64,000 bases of DNA from Candidatus Bathyarchaeota archaeon (GCA_963767735.1 CAVYES010000002.1:64001-128000); one strand, 5' to 3'; shown: positions 51,776 to 62,907, counted from the stretch's first letter. The notes: generated from the sequence alone by a model not told the origin. Made by a program: numbers and translations.

Positions 51776-52747
51776 ATGTCAGAGCAGCAAAAACCTGTAA
51801 AAATAGAAGACATTAATCAGCAAATTGAAAAATTAAGAGAACAAGCTAATACAGCAGACGTTCAAATAAAAAAGTATATTGAACAAAGAAACCAGCTAAA
51901 CGATCAAGTAAAACTTGCCCGTGAAGAAATTGACGATTTAAAAACCGAGCGCGACAGCATAAACGAAAAAGTTAAGCTGCTAAAACAGCAAAGAGATGAA
52001 ATCAGAGCTAAAACTTCGCCAATCACCGAAAAAATAAACGCCATAAAAGAAAAAATCGATGAGCTTAAAAAGAAAGTACCGCGTGAGAGGCAGCAGGACT
52101 TGCAAGAAGAGCTGGAAGCTATCGAATGGAAGATTCAGACAACTTCTCTTGATTTGCAAGAGGAAAAAGGGCTAATTGAGAACGTCAAGCAGCTTGAAAC
52201 ACTGCTTAGCAGTTACAAAAAAATAGACCTTAAATACAAAAAAATGAAGGAGTTAATAATCCAGCGGCAAGCCATCGAAGCCCAAGCTGACGTATTTCAT
52301 AATGAATTAACTGATTTAGCCAAGAAAAGCCAAGACATACATTCCAAAATGATAGAAAAAGTAAACACCGCCAAAATAACCAGAGCCCAAGCTGACAGTC
52401 TACATCAAGCTTACGTCAAAACGAAAGAGGACATCCTTCAGATTCACGTGAAAATCGCAGAATTAACTGGGCAAATTCAAGGTTTGCGCGCAGCTATGAG
52501 AGAGGAAGATAAAGCAAGGCGACTTGTAGCTCAGCAGGCTTTTATGGAAAGACAGTTGGCTGATAAAGAAAGACAACAAGCGGATAAAGAAAAACAGCAG
52601 GTTGTCAAGGAAAAAGAGAAGGCTATTAAAGAAAAGCTTGGGGCTGAAGCGAGGGATAAGCTGCAGAAGGGCGAAAAATTAAGTTGGAATGAGTTTCAGC
52701 TTGTCATGGGAGAGGATGAAGGGGACGAGTCTAAAACACAAGATTAA
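51776..52747 (+). CDS. Archaeal coiled-coil protein (COG1340-like)
   Basis: Continuous heptads; IEWKIQTTSLDLQEEK; KLQKGEKLSWNE; upstream of DUF373. Confidence 0.8.
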   Translation: MSEQQKPVKIEDINQQIEKLREQANTADVQIKKYIEQRNQLNDQVKLAREEIDDLKTERDSINEKVKLLKQQRDEIRAKTSPITEKINAIKEKIDELKKKVPRERQQDLQEELEAIEWKIQTTSLDLQEEKGLIENVKQLETLLSSYKKIDLKYKKMKELIIQRQAIEAQADVFHNELTDLAKKSQDIHSKMIEKVNTAKITRAQADSLHQAYVKTKEDILQIHVKIAELTGQIQGLRAAMREEDKARRLVAQQAFMERQLADKERQQADKEKQQVVKEKEKAIKEKLGAEARDKLQKGEKLSWNEFQLVMGEDEGDESKTQD

Positions 52748-52781
52748 AGTTAAGTGGCAGTATTAGGGAATAGAGATGTAG

Positions 52782-54017
52782 ATGGCTAAAAAGGAAACGC
52801 AGGACCAAACGCAAAAGCGTATCCTGATTCTATGTGTGGATCGAGATGGCGATATCGAGGTCAAGACAGGAATAAAAACGCCTCTACTTGGGCGAACCGC
52901 AAACTTGGACGGCGCAGTTGCCTTAGCTCTAAAAGACCCGGAAGAGCCAGATGCAAATGCGATGTTTGAAGCTGTCCGGCTTCATGACAGGTTACAAAAC
53001 GAAAAGCAGCCTCAGGAAATTTTTGAAGTTGCTACGATTTCGGGTTCTGAGTTGGGCGGGGTTAGCGCTGACAGAAAATTGGTTGCTGAATTAAATAATT
53101 TACTAGATACTTTTAGTGCAAACGAAGTGATTTTGGTCAGTGATGGCTATTCTGACGAGGCAATTTTGCCGCTTGTTGAATCCCGAGTACCGGTTTCGTC
53201 GGTAAGGCGGGTAGTAATAAAGCATAGTGAGTCAATCGAAGAGACTGCTGCAGTATTTACAAAATACATTCGATTATTAATGAATAATCCAAGGTATGCG
53301 CGCGTGGCGTTAGGTTTGCCTGGGTTACTGGTTTTTATTTTCGGTGTTCTCTGGGCCATCAATAACTATGTTTACCCAGGCGCCATCGACTACTACGGAA
53401 TTGCCTTCGTTATTGTGCTAGGCGGTTTCTTGCTTATCAAGGGCTTTGGCGTTGACAGGTCAGCTAAAGACGCCTATACATGGATTAAAGAATATTCGCC
53501 GCCTCCTCTGCCAATGCAAATGTCAAATTACATGGTTTTCGCCGGACTTTTATGCGTCGCCGTCAGCGTTTATCTGGGAATAGCAAACGTCAATATTAAT
53601 GCCGGACCGTTTCCCAGTGCTTTCGCTGGATGGATAGCAATCACTCCAAGGATAATTACGTTCTTCATTAAGGGTATTGAGGATCTTCTAGTGATAGGTT
53701 TAATTATAATTTTTTCTGGACGAAGCATACGTTTATACTTTGAGCGAGACTCAAGATTGCTTCGGAATGTTGCTTTGATAGTTACTGTTGCCTGGTTCCG
53801 TTTTATCCTAGAAGCAACCGCGAACGTAATCTACAGCATATACAACTCAGCGGGGCAGTCAATAGTAACTCTTAGTAACCAGAATTTTTCAATGTTCATT
53901 TTTTCAATAATTGTAGGTATGCTAATCGGCATTGCGTCTGTGCTATTAATTTTAATAATTAGCAGGTCAACTAAAGGCTTCTTCCAAAAAACCGATAAGA
54001 ACCGAGAACCAGAATAA
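52782..54017 (+). CDS. DUF373 family membrane protein
   Basis: LCVDRDGD, DPEEPDANAMF, VSDGYSDE, HSESIEET followed by multiple TM helices. Confidence 0.9.
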   Translation: MAKKETQDQTQKRILILCVDRDGDIEVKTGIKTPLLGRTANLDGAVALALKDPEEPDANAMFEAVRLHDRLQNEKQPQEIFEVATISGSELGGVSADRKLVAELNNLLDTFSANEVILVSDGYSDEAILPLVESRVPVSSVRRVVIKHSESIEETAAVFTKYIRLLMNNPRYARVALGLPGLLVFIFGVLWAINNYVYPGAIDYYGIAFVIVLGGFLLIKGFGVDRSAKDAYTWIKEYSPPPLPMQMSNYMVFAGLLCVAVSVYLGIANVNINAGPFPSAFAGWIAITPRIITFFIKGIEDLLVIGLIIIFSGRSIRLYFERDSRLLRNVALIVTVAWFRFILEATANVIYSIYNSAGQSIVTLSNQNFSMFIFSIIVGMLIGIASVLLILIISRSTKGFFQKTDKNREPE

Positions 54018-54144
54018 AGTTTTTCTTAGCCGATTAATCGGGAATTAGGGCAAGATTTAATTGAAACACTCAAGGTTAAAGTATGAAGCGAAGTTTAAGA
54101 GAAAAATCCCTTGAAGAATCGTTTAACATCCGAGGTCAAGTTTA

Positions 54145-54942
54145 GTGCTTAAAAAAATGCTTTCTGTCATCGGCGCATACAAACTGTACGAGAATTGGCT
54201 TTGGCAGCAGGTTAAAGGTGGAGTAAAACCTGAACATATCGCAATAATTTTGGACGGCAACCGGCGATGGGCAAACGAAAAGGAAAGTCACCCTTTCTTG
54301 CTGCAAGACAAATGGGGCCATCAGAACGGCGCTGACACGGTTGAGCAGCTTTTAGATTGGACTCATCTGATAGATGTCAAGTACGTCACCCTATACACGT
54401 TTTCAACGGAGAATTTTTCCCGGCATTCAGACGAAGTGGAGAAAATCATGCAGGTTGCTGAAGAAAGATTCCGAAAACTGCTACATGATGAACGTTTACA
54501 TCGTGATAAAATTCACGTGAAAGTCATGGGCAGAACTAACCTGCTGCCTAAAAGTTTGCAGGAAACTATCGCTGAGCTGGAAGCGGCAACGGCGAATTAT
54601 GACGCTTACTTCTGGAACTTCGCATTTGCTTATGGTGGCAGGGCAGAAATTGTGGATGCAACTAAAAAGATTGCTAGGGAAGTTAAAAGCGGCGCACTGG
54701 ACGTGGATGAAGTGACTGAGAGCACTTTTGAAAAGTACCTCTACACGTCACATATGGATAAACAGGACCCTGACATGATTATACGCACTTCAGGCGAAGA
54801 ACGATTAAGCGGGTTTCTGCTCTGGCAAGCCGCCTACAGTGAACTGCTATTTTTGGATGTTTACTGGCCTGACTTCCGATTAATCGACCTGCTGAGAGCC
54901 ATCAGAACCTTCCAGTACCGCAAACGACGGTTCGGTAAATAA
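54145..54942 (+). CDS. uppS: cis-Prenyltransferase (polyprenyl diphosphate synthase)
   Basis: HIAIILDGNRRWA, FSTENFSR, YGGRAEI, IRTSGEERLSGFLLWQ, RRFG. Confidence 0.96.
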   Translation: MLKKMLSVIGAYKLYENWLWQQVKGGVKPEHIAIILDGNRRWANEKESHPFLLQDKWGHQNGADTVEQLLDWTHLIDVKYVTLYTFSTENFSRHSDEVEKIMQVAEERFRKLLHDERLHRDKIHVKVMGRTNLLPKSLQETIAELEAATANYDAYFWNFAFAYGGRAEIVDATKKIAREVKSGALDVDEVTESTFEKYLYTSHMDKQDPDMIIRTSGEERLSGFLLWQAAYSELLFLDVYWPDFRLIDLLRAIRTFQYRKRRFGK

Positions 54943-55125
54943 ATAACGTTTAACCTTTAACTATGTTCCATCGCTCTTTTTTTTGTGCTTGTTTTTGCCA
55001 CAAAAATTTGGTAGGTCTATAGGTAGTGCTGGTTTCTGTTCAGGGCTTGTTTTGCGTTGATTTTTCGATTCAGGGCTTATAGAGCACATAAAAAGAATTG
55101 CCCAAAAGAAGTAAGAGATAAAATG

Positions 55126-56349
55126 TTAAGCTCGTTTTTTGGCGCTTACGATGCTTATTACGTCTCTGTCTTTGAGGATGGCGTCTTCGCCGATTCTTCT
55201 TTTGTCTCGGGCGTCGATGGCGTAGATGAAGCTTTCTCCGAGTTCTGTGTGGATTATGTAGGCGAACTGATGCGCGGTTGTTCCTTTTGGAATGAGGTAT
55301 GCGTCTGGCAAAACTCTGCCGTTATGGTCAGAGAGGTGCTCTAAATCTTCTACGGGATAAACGGTTATCATGTTAAGAAGTTTAAAGTAAGCCATGTTCA
55401 TGGCTTCTTGGATGCCTGTTGTCCCGTTTTTCTGCAGCACTTTTTCACGTATAGCCTCTAAAGCCTTAATCTGGCCTGCTGAGAGCTTTTCTGGCTGCGT
55501 TATCTTGAAGTCGCGGTCGCCTGGTTTATAATCGATTAACTGTTTTTCGGCGGCGCGCCTAAGTGCAAGTTCGGCTTCGGCGGAGCATGGAATAACCATG
55601 TAATCCAGCTTCTTCATGCGTTCCACGTTAACTTCAGCCGTCGGCAAATCAATCTTGTTCGCTACTATCAGCATGGGTTTTGATAAACGTCTTAAATAAT
55701 CAACGAAACGGTAGAAGTCTTCATCACTCCATGTGGCGGGTTTGTCAACATTCAAGTTTGCCAGCCTGATAGCTTCAGCGACATATTGTCGCCTTATGCC
55801 TAAACCTGTTAAACGTTCTTCAAGATGCGATGCTATGCCTTTTTTATCCGCTTCCGCTGTCCGAGAGATTTTAGACCAATCCTTCTTAAGGATGGCTACC
55901 ATCCACATTGTTATTTCCCGTTCAAGAAACTTTACATCTTCTAAGGGATCATGTTCACCTGGTTTGCAAGTTTTTCCTTCGCAGTCTGTTCCGCCTGAAG
56001 CGTCAACTACATGTATGAGCGCGTCTGCTCTGCGTATTTCGTCTAGAAACTGGTTTCCTAAGCCGCGTCCTTCCCAAGCGCCTGGAACAATGCCTGCGAT
56101 GTCGATTAATTCTACAGGAACAAGCCTGACGCCGTCAAGGCACAGAGAGTTTTTAGGGTTATCTTTCACTTTGAATTCTTCATGAACGCAAGGCGTCCGT
56201 ACATAGCCGACTCCCCTGTTAGGCTTAATTGTGGTGAAAGGATAATTGGCTATTTCTGCCGCTGCCAAAGTAGCCGCGCTGAAAAACGTGGATTTTCCCG
56301 TGTTCGGTTTTCCAACGACCCCAAGCAATCGCGAATAAGACCTTTGCAT
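55126..56349 (-). CDS. ychF: Obg-family YchF-like ATPase/GTPase with TGS domain
   Basis: GKPNTGKST, NYPFTT, DIAG, NKID, C-terminal TGS domain. Confidence 0.93.
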   Translation of the reverse strand: MQRSYSRLLGVVGKPNTGKSTFFSAATLAAAEIANYPFTTIKPNRGVGYVRTPCVHEEFKVKDNPKNSLCLDGVRLVPVELIDIAGIVPGAWEGRGLGNQFLDEIRRADALIHVVDASGGTDCEGKTCKPGEHDPLEDVKFLEREITMWMVAILKKDWSKISRTAEADKKGIASHLEERLTGLGIRRQYVAEAIRLANLNVDKPATWSDEDFYRFVDYLRRLSKPMLIVANKIDLPTAEVNVERMKKLDYMVIPCSAEAELALRRAAEKQLIDYKPGDRDFKITQPEKLSAGQIKALEAIREKVLQKNGTTGIQEAMNMAYFKLLNMITVYPVEDLEHLSDHNGRVLPDAYLIPKGTTAHQFAYIIHTELGESFIYAIDARDKRRIGEDAILKDRDVISIVSAKKRA

Positions 56350-56692
56350 ATGTTACTTCACGCAGTACTGTTGCATGTGTAGTGCTATATTATTTGTGCT
56401 TATAAACAATGAAAGACCTTGTGATTTCAATCTTGATAAGTAATCAAATCAAGTGCGGTTGTTTTCTCTTGAACGATGCGACTTTGGACAAGCGCTCATG
56501 CTAACCAAAAGGCGAGCCCAAGCATCTCGAGTTGAACAACATAGGATAAAAAAAATTCCAAAATTATTTCTTGTATTTTATATGTTCTGATGATAAGCTT
56601 TTGGATGGCAAGCCTAACTCTCTATATACTCCCCAGATTTTGCAAGGCCATGGTCACTTAGAATCATCCGGACAACACTTATCACAGGTCTT

Positions 56693-58957
56693 TCATCTCG
56701 GCTTCCTTAACTTTTGGCTATTCCTGAGCAGATAGATTGATAATCCGATTATTGCCGTTATCAAGGCGGTGCCCATTATTAGTGAAACTGTTGAGTATAT
56801 GATTTGGCTTTGCCAGTTCCAAGTGATGCTTGAAGGTTGATTTATCGTGAAGTGTAAATTGGTGTTTGTTCCTGTTGCTGGGGCGCTTCCTGTCCCTGTC
56901 CACCCCGTGCATACTTGCTCTGCAATAATGGATTGGGGAACAGAAGAAGTAACATCCTCGTTTATGTTTGAACTCGCATTAAACCAGCCGCTTTCCAGGC
57001 TTTGAGTACCATAAGCGGATGAAACGTTCAAGTAGTATTGGGTGACCCAAGTTGCAGTTGCGGTTTTAGGGGTATTCATTGTTATGCCGTAACTTGTTGC
57101 TCCTGAACCTGAAGAATCGCCACTCCAGCCAGTAAGAACATATTGGATGCCTGAGCCTCCGGATACAATGTTAGATGCAACATTGGCATAAGCTGTTGAA
57201 CCGCTTTCATACCAGCCTGAGCCTGAGGGCGAACCATAGGTTGAAATTACAGCTAAATAGTACTGGTGGATGTAGCTTGGGTTTACTGTAATTGCCCCAG
57301 CTATGTTTCCAGCAGTGCCTACCGAAGAACTCCACTTTTCAGTTCCTGATGTGGCTTCTACAATGGCAGGGATCGACCAAGGCGTATTTGCATCTAGCCA
57401 TGTTATCTGATTGCTGGTGGTGAGAACCAGTTGATAATTGGATCCGAATTGTGTTCCTGATAACATGAGGCTAGATGACGTTGCGGAATCGTCTGAGATT
57501 GAATAGCTGGCTGTGACTTGATACTGGCGGTAATAAATTAGTAGATTTGGAATTTGATTCGCCTGTGATATGCTCCAGGATGATGTTGGAGTAGCCCATC
57601 GGTCTTGTGAAAGACCTGAGATATTATTGCTCACGGTGGCTGATGTTCCTCTCAGAACCATTTCAGTTTGCGGAGAAATTTGAGGTAGCGAAATAGTATT
57701 AGTCGTTTGGCTGAATTGGGCAGATGCAGCTGAAGGAGCTGTGAAGTAGGTCAATGTTGGATTAGCAGGGTTTCCACCACCTGATATTTCATAAGCGACT
57801 TGTTGACTGAGGATATCATAGTAATAGAAAGTTGAAGTGGATCCCGCAGGTACAGTTACGTTAGCACCTTGCGAATTCAACACCCATTCTTCAGTTGAGG
57901 AAGAACCCGTGGACACCCCAGATATCACCACGTTACTGCCGTTATCCACAGTTAATGTCAACGTACCATCTTGGGCATAACTAGCCTGTGGTAGACTATC
58001 GAAAGTAAACGAAACCGCAAACTCGTTCGTGCCAGAAAGAGGGGTCGACCCGCCAGCAGGAAGCAACGTTATATAGGTCGTTTGCTGGACAATTGAGCCC
58101 GTGATAAACTGGTAGGCACTGCTGTATTCAGTTACTCCATGAGAGGCGAAAGATTGAAGTTGAGTTGGGCTCGAGTAAGTTACTTGGGTTTTGGTGCTCC
58201 ATTGTCCCGACCAGTTAGGGTTACTTGGTTCCCATTCATCCATCCACATCCAGGCGGATGAAAGACCAAAACCACTGGAATAAGTAACCTGAGTTTCGTC
58301 TCCACTATATGGGGTTGCGTGGTACCATTCAGTCATAAGCCCAGTGAAGAATCCGTTGTTACTTGGTGATGAAAGACCAATAAAAGAGGCGGTTTGGTTA
58401 TCTGCATAGGCTGCTTGTGCGATTGCTCCTGTGTTCCAGTCTTTGGCGGACAAGGAAACGACGCCGTTGCTAATGTAAATATCAAGAAGAACTAAATCTC
58501 CTGAATTAACTGTGCCTTCGGAGAATGATTTTTGTCCTCCGCTGTTAATTGGATAAACGGATTTTCCCGCTGGATTAAAAACCTCGTAGTTAAAGTTAAA
58601 ACCTTGAGCATATCCTCCGTTCGCATTTGGCCAGTTATATGATATGCCCACTTGATACCAGTAATTATCGTTTGATAATCCGTTTAGAAGGTAAGCTGGC
58701 CCGTAGCCTTCTGAATCGGCTTGAGACGTTGTAGTGACGTTGTAAGCGAGGCTTGCAAAGTTTTGAGTAAACGTTATTCCAAGCTGTTCATCATAGTTTG
58801 CAGAGGGAAGCGGAGATAACGGCACCGTTAATCCTGAGACGATGGGCAACAAGGCACTTTGCATGTGGCTAAAATCAGCTGTATCAGCTGTTTGTGCATG
58901 CACACCAGAACAGAAGCAGCAAGCAAGAACTAGAAGACAAGAAACAATGACAATCAA
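56693..58957 (-). CDS. Large secreted membrane-anchored surface protein (possible thermopsin/peptidase-like N-domain plus beta-sandwich repeats)
   Basis: Signal peptide; YGPAYLLNGL...YWYQVG...TEWYH N-domain; repeated QYYLxVxSxYG...GW[YF] modules; C-terminal TM. Confidence 0.65.
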   Translation of the reverse strand: MIVIVSCLLVLACCFCSGVHAQTADTADFSHMQSALLPIVSGLTVPLSPLPSANYDEQLGITFTQNFASLAYNVTTTSQADSEGYGPAYLLNGLSNDNYWYQVGISYNWPNANGGYAQGFNFNYEVFNPAGKSVYPINSGGQKSFSEGTVNSGDLVLLDIYISNGVVSLSAKDWNTGAIAQAAYADNQTASFIGLSSPSNNGFFTGLMTEWYHATPYSGDETQVTYSSGFGLSSAWMWMDEWEPSNPNWSGQWSTKTQVTYSSPTQLQSFASHGVTEYSSAYQFITGSIVQQTTYITLLPAGGSTPLSGTNEFAVSFTFDSLPQASYAQDGTLTLTVDNGSNVVISGVSTGSSSTEEWVLNSQGANVTVPAGSTSTFYYYDILSQQVAYEISGGGNPANPTLTYFTAPSAASAQFSQTTNTISLPQISPQTEMVLRGTSATVSNNISGLSQDRWATPTSSWSISQANQIPNLLIYYRQYQVTASYSISDDSATSSSLMLSGTQFGSNYQLVLTTSNQITWLDANTPWSIPAIVEATSGTEKWSSSVGTAGNIAGAITVNPSYIHQYYLAVISTYGSPSGSGWYESGSTAYANVASNIVSGGSGIQYVLTGWSGDSSGSGATSYGITMNTPKTATATWVTQYYLNVSSAYGTQSLESGWFNASSNINEDVTSSVPQSIIAEQVCTGWTGTGSAPATGTNTNLHFTINQPSSITWNWQSQIIYSTVSLIMGTALITAIIGLSIYLLRNSQKLRKPR

Positions 58958-59318
58958 TTCGATAAATCGATAATTATTTTTCGTTTATTTCCCCCAAATC
59001 TGTAGTTTTCAATTTTGCTCTCTTGACGACTAATCTTATTCATATTGGAACTTATGGTTCCTCAAGACGCTCACTGCTTTAGGACTTGTGTGATAATGAA
59101 TAACTCAATTTAAATAACCTTGTGCGTGCGCTGAGCTACCCAACAGTCTGCGTTTAAATGCTAAAGTTAAACGTAAAAGCGCACTACATATTGCTTCTCA
59201 AATAGAGAATTTCGCCGTTGCGTTGAAGTAGATTAGTTGCAGCTTTGTCGTCAATCAGCCAATGCAAAGAATATTTTTATTTAAGCATGCTTGCTTGTTT
59301 ACAGAAGGTTAGTTAGTT

Positions 59319-60698
59319 TTGTTGGATTCAGCCACGATGTCCCTCTTTGACCGTTTTCTTTTTGCTTTTACGATTGCATCTCACATTATACTTGTTTCTG
59401 TGAGCATAGCAATAATTGTTATAATTTCGATAGCAGAATTTATCTCACTACGCAGAAATGACCGATACTACAGCGCTCTCTCAAAGCGGCTCTCCAGGGC
59501 GTTTGTGGTGATTTTTGGCATCGGAACAGCCAGCGGCGTAGTAATGGCAGTCGAGCTTGTAACCCTGTTCCCCGCCTTCATGACACTCGTATCTGAAACT
59601 GGGGCAATCTCAATCTTCTACACCGAAATCTTCGCATTCTTCCTCGAAACCATCGCGCTGGTCATGTACGTCTACTATGCTGACTATTTGGGCAGATACA
59701 CCCACTGGATGCTGTCAATCGTCATCGCAGCTGGCGCACTGCTTTCAGCCATACTCATCACCATGCTCAACGCCTGGATGAACACACCAAACGGATTTAA
59801 CCAATCTGCCTTCATTCAAAACGGAAAAGTCACTGGGCTTGCAATTTGGGCGCCCTTCGTCACGTCATCAACCTTAGCTGAGGTGGCTCATGTGCTTCCG
59901 ACGGTATTGTTCGCGGGAGTGATGCTTGTTGGGGGCTACTTCGCATGGCGAACCATCAGGTCAAAAGACATCGAAGAAAAAAAGATGCTGATGAAAGGGT
60001 TGAAAATTGCAGCTGCACTAGGAATAATAACGATAGTCATAGCGATGCTAACTGGAATAAACGAGATAACGACGCTGCTTAAACTTCAGCCGCTGAAGTA
60101 CGCAGCGATTGAACTCAATCCGTCGCCTGGTACTAACTTGCCAGAAAAATTGTTTGGCACTTTAGTTAACGGCCAGTTTACTGGTGGCATCCCAATTCCT
60201 CACCTGCAATCATTCCTTGTGCAGATTGAAACTGGAATCAAAGCTGTTCCGGGGCTTTCGCAGTTTCCATCCTCGAATTGGCCCCCGCTCTATGTGCATA
60301 CAACCTTTGATACAATGGTAATTGGAGGCTTCTTGCTTGGTTTGTTCTTTTTAGCCTATTTTGTCGATTGGGCAGTTTTGAGAAGAAAGCCGCATGAGTC
60401 CAAAGTTTTTCTGTACAGTTGGGTTCCTCTTGCGTTTTTCGCTCTGATAATTATGGAGTTGGGTTGGGTGACAGACGAGGTCGGAAGACAACCCTGGATA
60501 ATCTACAACGTGTTAACCAGCCAGCAGGCAGCCAACTTCAGCTCATCCTTTTTAATTCCAGGCATTCTGATAATCGCTTTCTACCTCATCTTGCTGCCGC
60601 TTACCTTCTACTTCTTCACGCGGGTCTTCAATTCCAGCTCAATGTCTAATGGTGACAAGGAACAAAAAGAAGCAACCAAAAAGGGTGTGAACTATTGA
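59319..60698 (+). CDS. cydA: Cytochrome bd quinol oxidase subunit I
   Basis: Heme ligand His in ASHII and AHVL, Q-loop QPLKYAAIE, Met ligand in FDTMV, GWVTDEVGRQPW. Confidence 0.95.
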   Translation: MLDSATMSLFDRFLFAFTIASHIILVSVSIAIIVIISIAEFISLRRNDRYYSALSKRLSRAFVVIFGIGTASGVVMAVELVTLFPAFMTLVSETGAISIFYTEIFAFFLETIALVMYVYYADYLGRYTHWMLSIVIAAGALLSAILITMLNAWMNTPNGFNQSAFIQNGKVTGLAIWAPFVTSSTLAEVAHVLPTVLFAGVMLVGGYFAWRTIRSKDIEEKKMLMKGLKIAAALGIITIVIAMLTGINEITTLLKLQPLKYAAIELNPSPGTNLPEKLFGTLVNGQFTGGIPIPHLQSFLVQIETGIKAVPGLSQFPSSNWPPLYVHTTFDTMVIGGFLLGLFFLAYFVDWAVLRRKPHESKVFLYSWVPLAFFALIIMELGWVTDEVGRQPWIIYNVLTSQQAANFSSSFLIPGILIIAFYLILLPLTFYFFTRVFNSSSMSNGDKEQKEATKKGVNY

Positions 60699-61651
60699 AC
60701 GTAATATTTGAATTCTATTTTGCCGTCTTTGCGATATTTGCTTCACTTTTGATAACTGAGATTATGGGCTCAGTTGTTTTGCTTCTTTTCTGGAAACAGG
60801 CAAACTCGAAGGTTCTCGAATACATTGCGCCCATCTGGGAAGTTACAGGCACGTTCGCGGCGTTTCTGGTTGTGATGGGAGACTTTGCCTTCCCCTCTCT
60901 TTTGGTTCCCATCTCTTCCGTCTTCGCGGCTTTGCTCACAGTGTTTTTGATTCTCTTTGTTGGAAGGAACGCGTCATTGGCTTTTGCAGAATTCATAATC
61001 AAAAGAAAGTGGCTCGATAAAGAAAAGCTCTACAAGATCTACGCTGTGTCAACGCTGATTCTCGGTTTTACCGTTCTTATTCTTCTCTCAGCTCTGGTCA
61101 GCGGCGCAGGCGTTAATTTTCCTGCAGGGGCCTTTCTACTTGGCGCTGGAACCTTTTCACTTGGCGCTTGGGTTTCCTCTTCCGGCTCCCTGCTTTTTGT
61201 TGTAGGCACGCTTGTCGTAGCTATCGGTGCTGCACCAGTATTCTTTTCTCTCAATTCTATGAAGAAAATCGTTTTGCCTTTGACCGCGGCTGGCGTTGGC
61301 ATATCGGTTCTTGCTTACTACTTGTATTCGCCCACGTACGTCTCCGCCCTAATGCTTATACCCGCCACCCTCACCCTGCTGGTCGCCGTTCTCTTCCTGA
61401 CATCGAAAAAGACCGCGGCAATAGTTTCAAACAAGGCAATTTTCATAACATTTCTCACCATCATAATATTCTCTCTCCAGTTTCTAGTCTATCCCACTGC
61501 AATTGGCGGCGCACTCCATGTTGACGCAGAAACAGCATCAGGTCCAATGACCACCGCGTACTTCACCATTACAGCAGCCGGAGGAGTAATGCTTGCAATA
61601 ATGCTCGGGTTCTACATGAATATCGCGGCGCGCTGGAAAAACTCCAAGTAA
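60695..61651 (+). CDS. cydB: Cytochrome bd subunit II (divergent archaeal type)
   Basis: 4-bp overlap with cydA; multi-TM; IAPIWEVTGTF matches the CydB PxW[DE] motif. Confidence 0.75.
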   Translation: MNVIFEFYFAVFAIFASLLITEIMGSVVLLLFWKQANSKVLEYIAPIWEVTGTFAAFLVVMGDFAFPSLLVPISSVFAALLTVFLILFVGRNASLAFAEFIIKRKWLDKEKLYKIYAVSTLILGFTVLILLSALVSGAGVNFPAGAFLLGAGTFSLGAWVSSSGSLLFVVGTLVVAIGAAPVFFSLNSMKKIVLPLTAAGVGISVLAYYLYSPTYVSALMLIPATLTLLVAVLFLTSKKTAAIVSNKAIFITFLTIIIFSLQFLVYPTAIGGALHVDAETASGPMTTAYFTITAAGGVMLAIMLGFYMNIAARWKNSK

Positions 61652-61840
61652 AAAGGGCAATCGACTTTACATACGGACATCTAAACCACTCATAAGTTAG
61701 TTGGGCAAACGGGACTGAAGAAAGAAGAAAAGTTAAATGTTGGCAAGACTATTTTTTTAGTGCAAAAGAATCTTACCTGGAAAGAATTATGGATTTTTGG
61801 GAATGGCTCCAAGTAACTTTGAGTTCCAAAGGGTGTCTTT

Positions 61841-62829
61841 ATGACTTATGACCTTGCCCCTCTTGAATGGAATGAACTGGCATATCAAACTTATCTTGAG
61901 CGAACAAGAAGGGAGATGGACACTGAGATTTCGAGTCTTATCCGAAAGGTCGCGAATCTTAGACTTAACGAAAAAATCGTTTACGTTCTGCAGACTCGGG
62001 GAAAACTGTTAAGACCAACATTGGTTCTGCTAAGCGGTCAGAGCGTAGGCGCGAACAAAGAGCCTTTGAAAAAGCTGGCTTTAGCCATCGAGTTGTTACA
62101 TGAAGCCACGCTGGTTCATGATGACATTTTGGATAATGACGGCTTAAGGCGAGATGCTATTGCTGTTCACGCGAAATGGAGCGTTAAAGACGCAATCTTG
62201 GTCGGCGACGCATTAGCTTCTCTTTCCCTTAACTTGGCTGCTGATTACGGCAAGGAAATCTCCAAAGTAGTTTCGCATGCATGCCTCTTGCTTTGCGACG
62301 GCGAATGCATTGATGCATTAACGACAAGTACCGAGTTGTCTGAAGGTGATTATTTTGAGAAAATCATGAAGAAATCTGCCTCCCTCTTTAGTGCAGCAAC
62401 TCTGTGCGGAGCCATCGCTGGAGGCGGTTCCTTGCTTGAAAACGATTGTTTGGAGGAATTTGGTGAAAACTTCGGGGTAGCCTACCAAATTCGGGATGAC
62501 CTCTCTGATATAGTCTCTTTAAGAGGAGGTGCAACTCCCAACCCAATGACTTACAAACGCTGCCATTAATTCACATGAACAGCTCGGCAAACAGTTTAGA
62601 AAAAAATCTCCTCAAAAGTTTTCTTTCAGAAAAAGTAGAAAACGGTTCAGAACCAAAGATTACTCCAGAAAAACTCTATGAGTGCCTGGAGAATTCTGGA
62701 TCCTTGGCTTACTGCGCAGAAAAAATAAACGGTTACCTAACCAGAGCAGTTGAAAGCTTAGAACCACTTAAAAAAAGCGTTTATAAGTCTTACTTAATTA
62801 AGATGGCAGACTCTCTGAGAACGCCATAA
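61841..62829 (+). CDS. trans-Polyprenyl diphosphate synthase, split by a frameshift near 62540
   Basis: GKLLRP, FARM ATLVHDDILD, RR, SARM YQIRDDLSD. A frame change at CCCAACCCAA restores ...DLQTLPLIH into ORF 62575..62829. Confidence 0.88.
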
Positions 62830-62907
62830 ACTCTTTCAGAAAGAAATCGAACCTAATAGTGAGCTTGATTCTTACTAAACAAATATTCGGGTTTTCCAAG
62901 CCATAAA

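Noticed and set aside
56630-56690. Second C/D-box-like pattern on the minus strand (GTGATAA...ATGA...GTGACCA...CTGG)
   Set aside because: All four boxes are degenerate and there is no convincing terminal stem.
59008-59019. TTCAATTTTGCT, a match to the left arm of the 41-bp repeat
   Set aside because: The right arm is absent, and a 12-bp AT-rich match alone is weak evidence.
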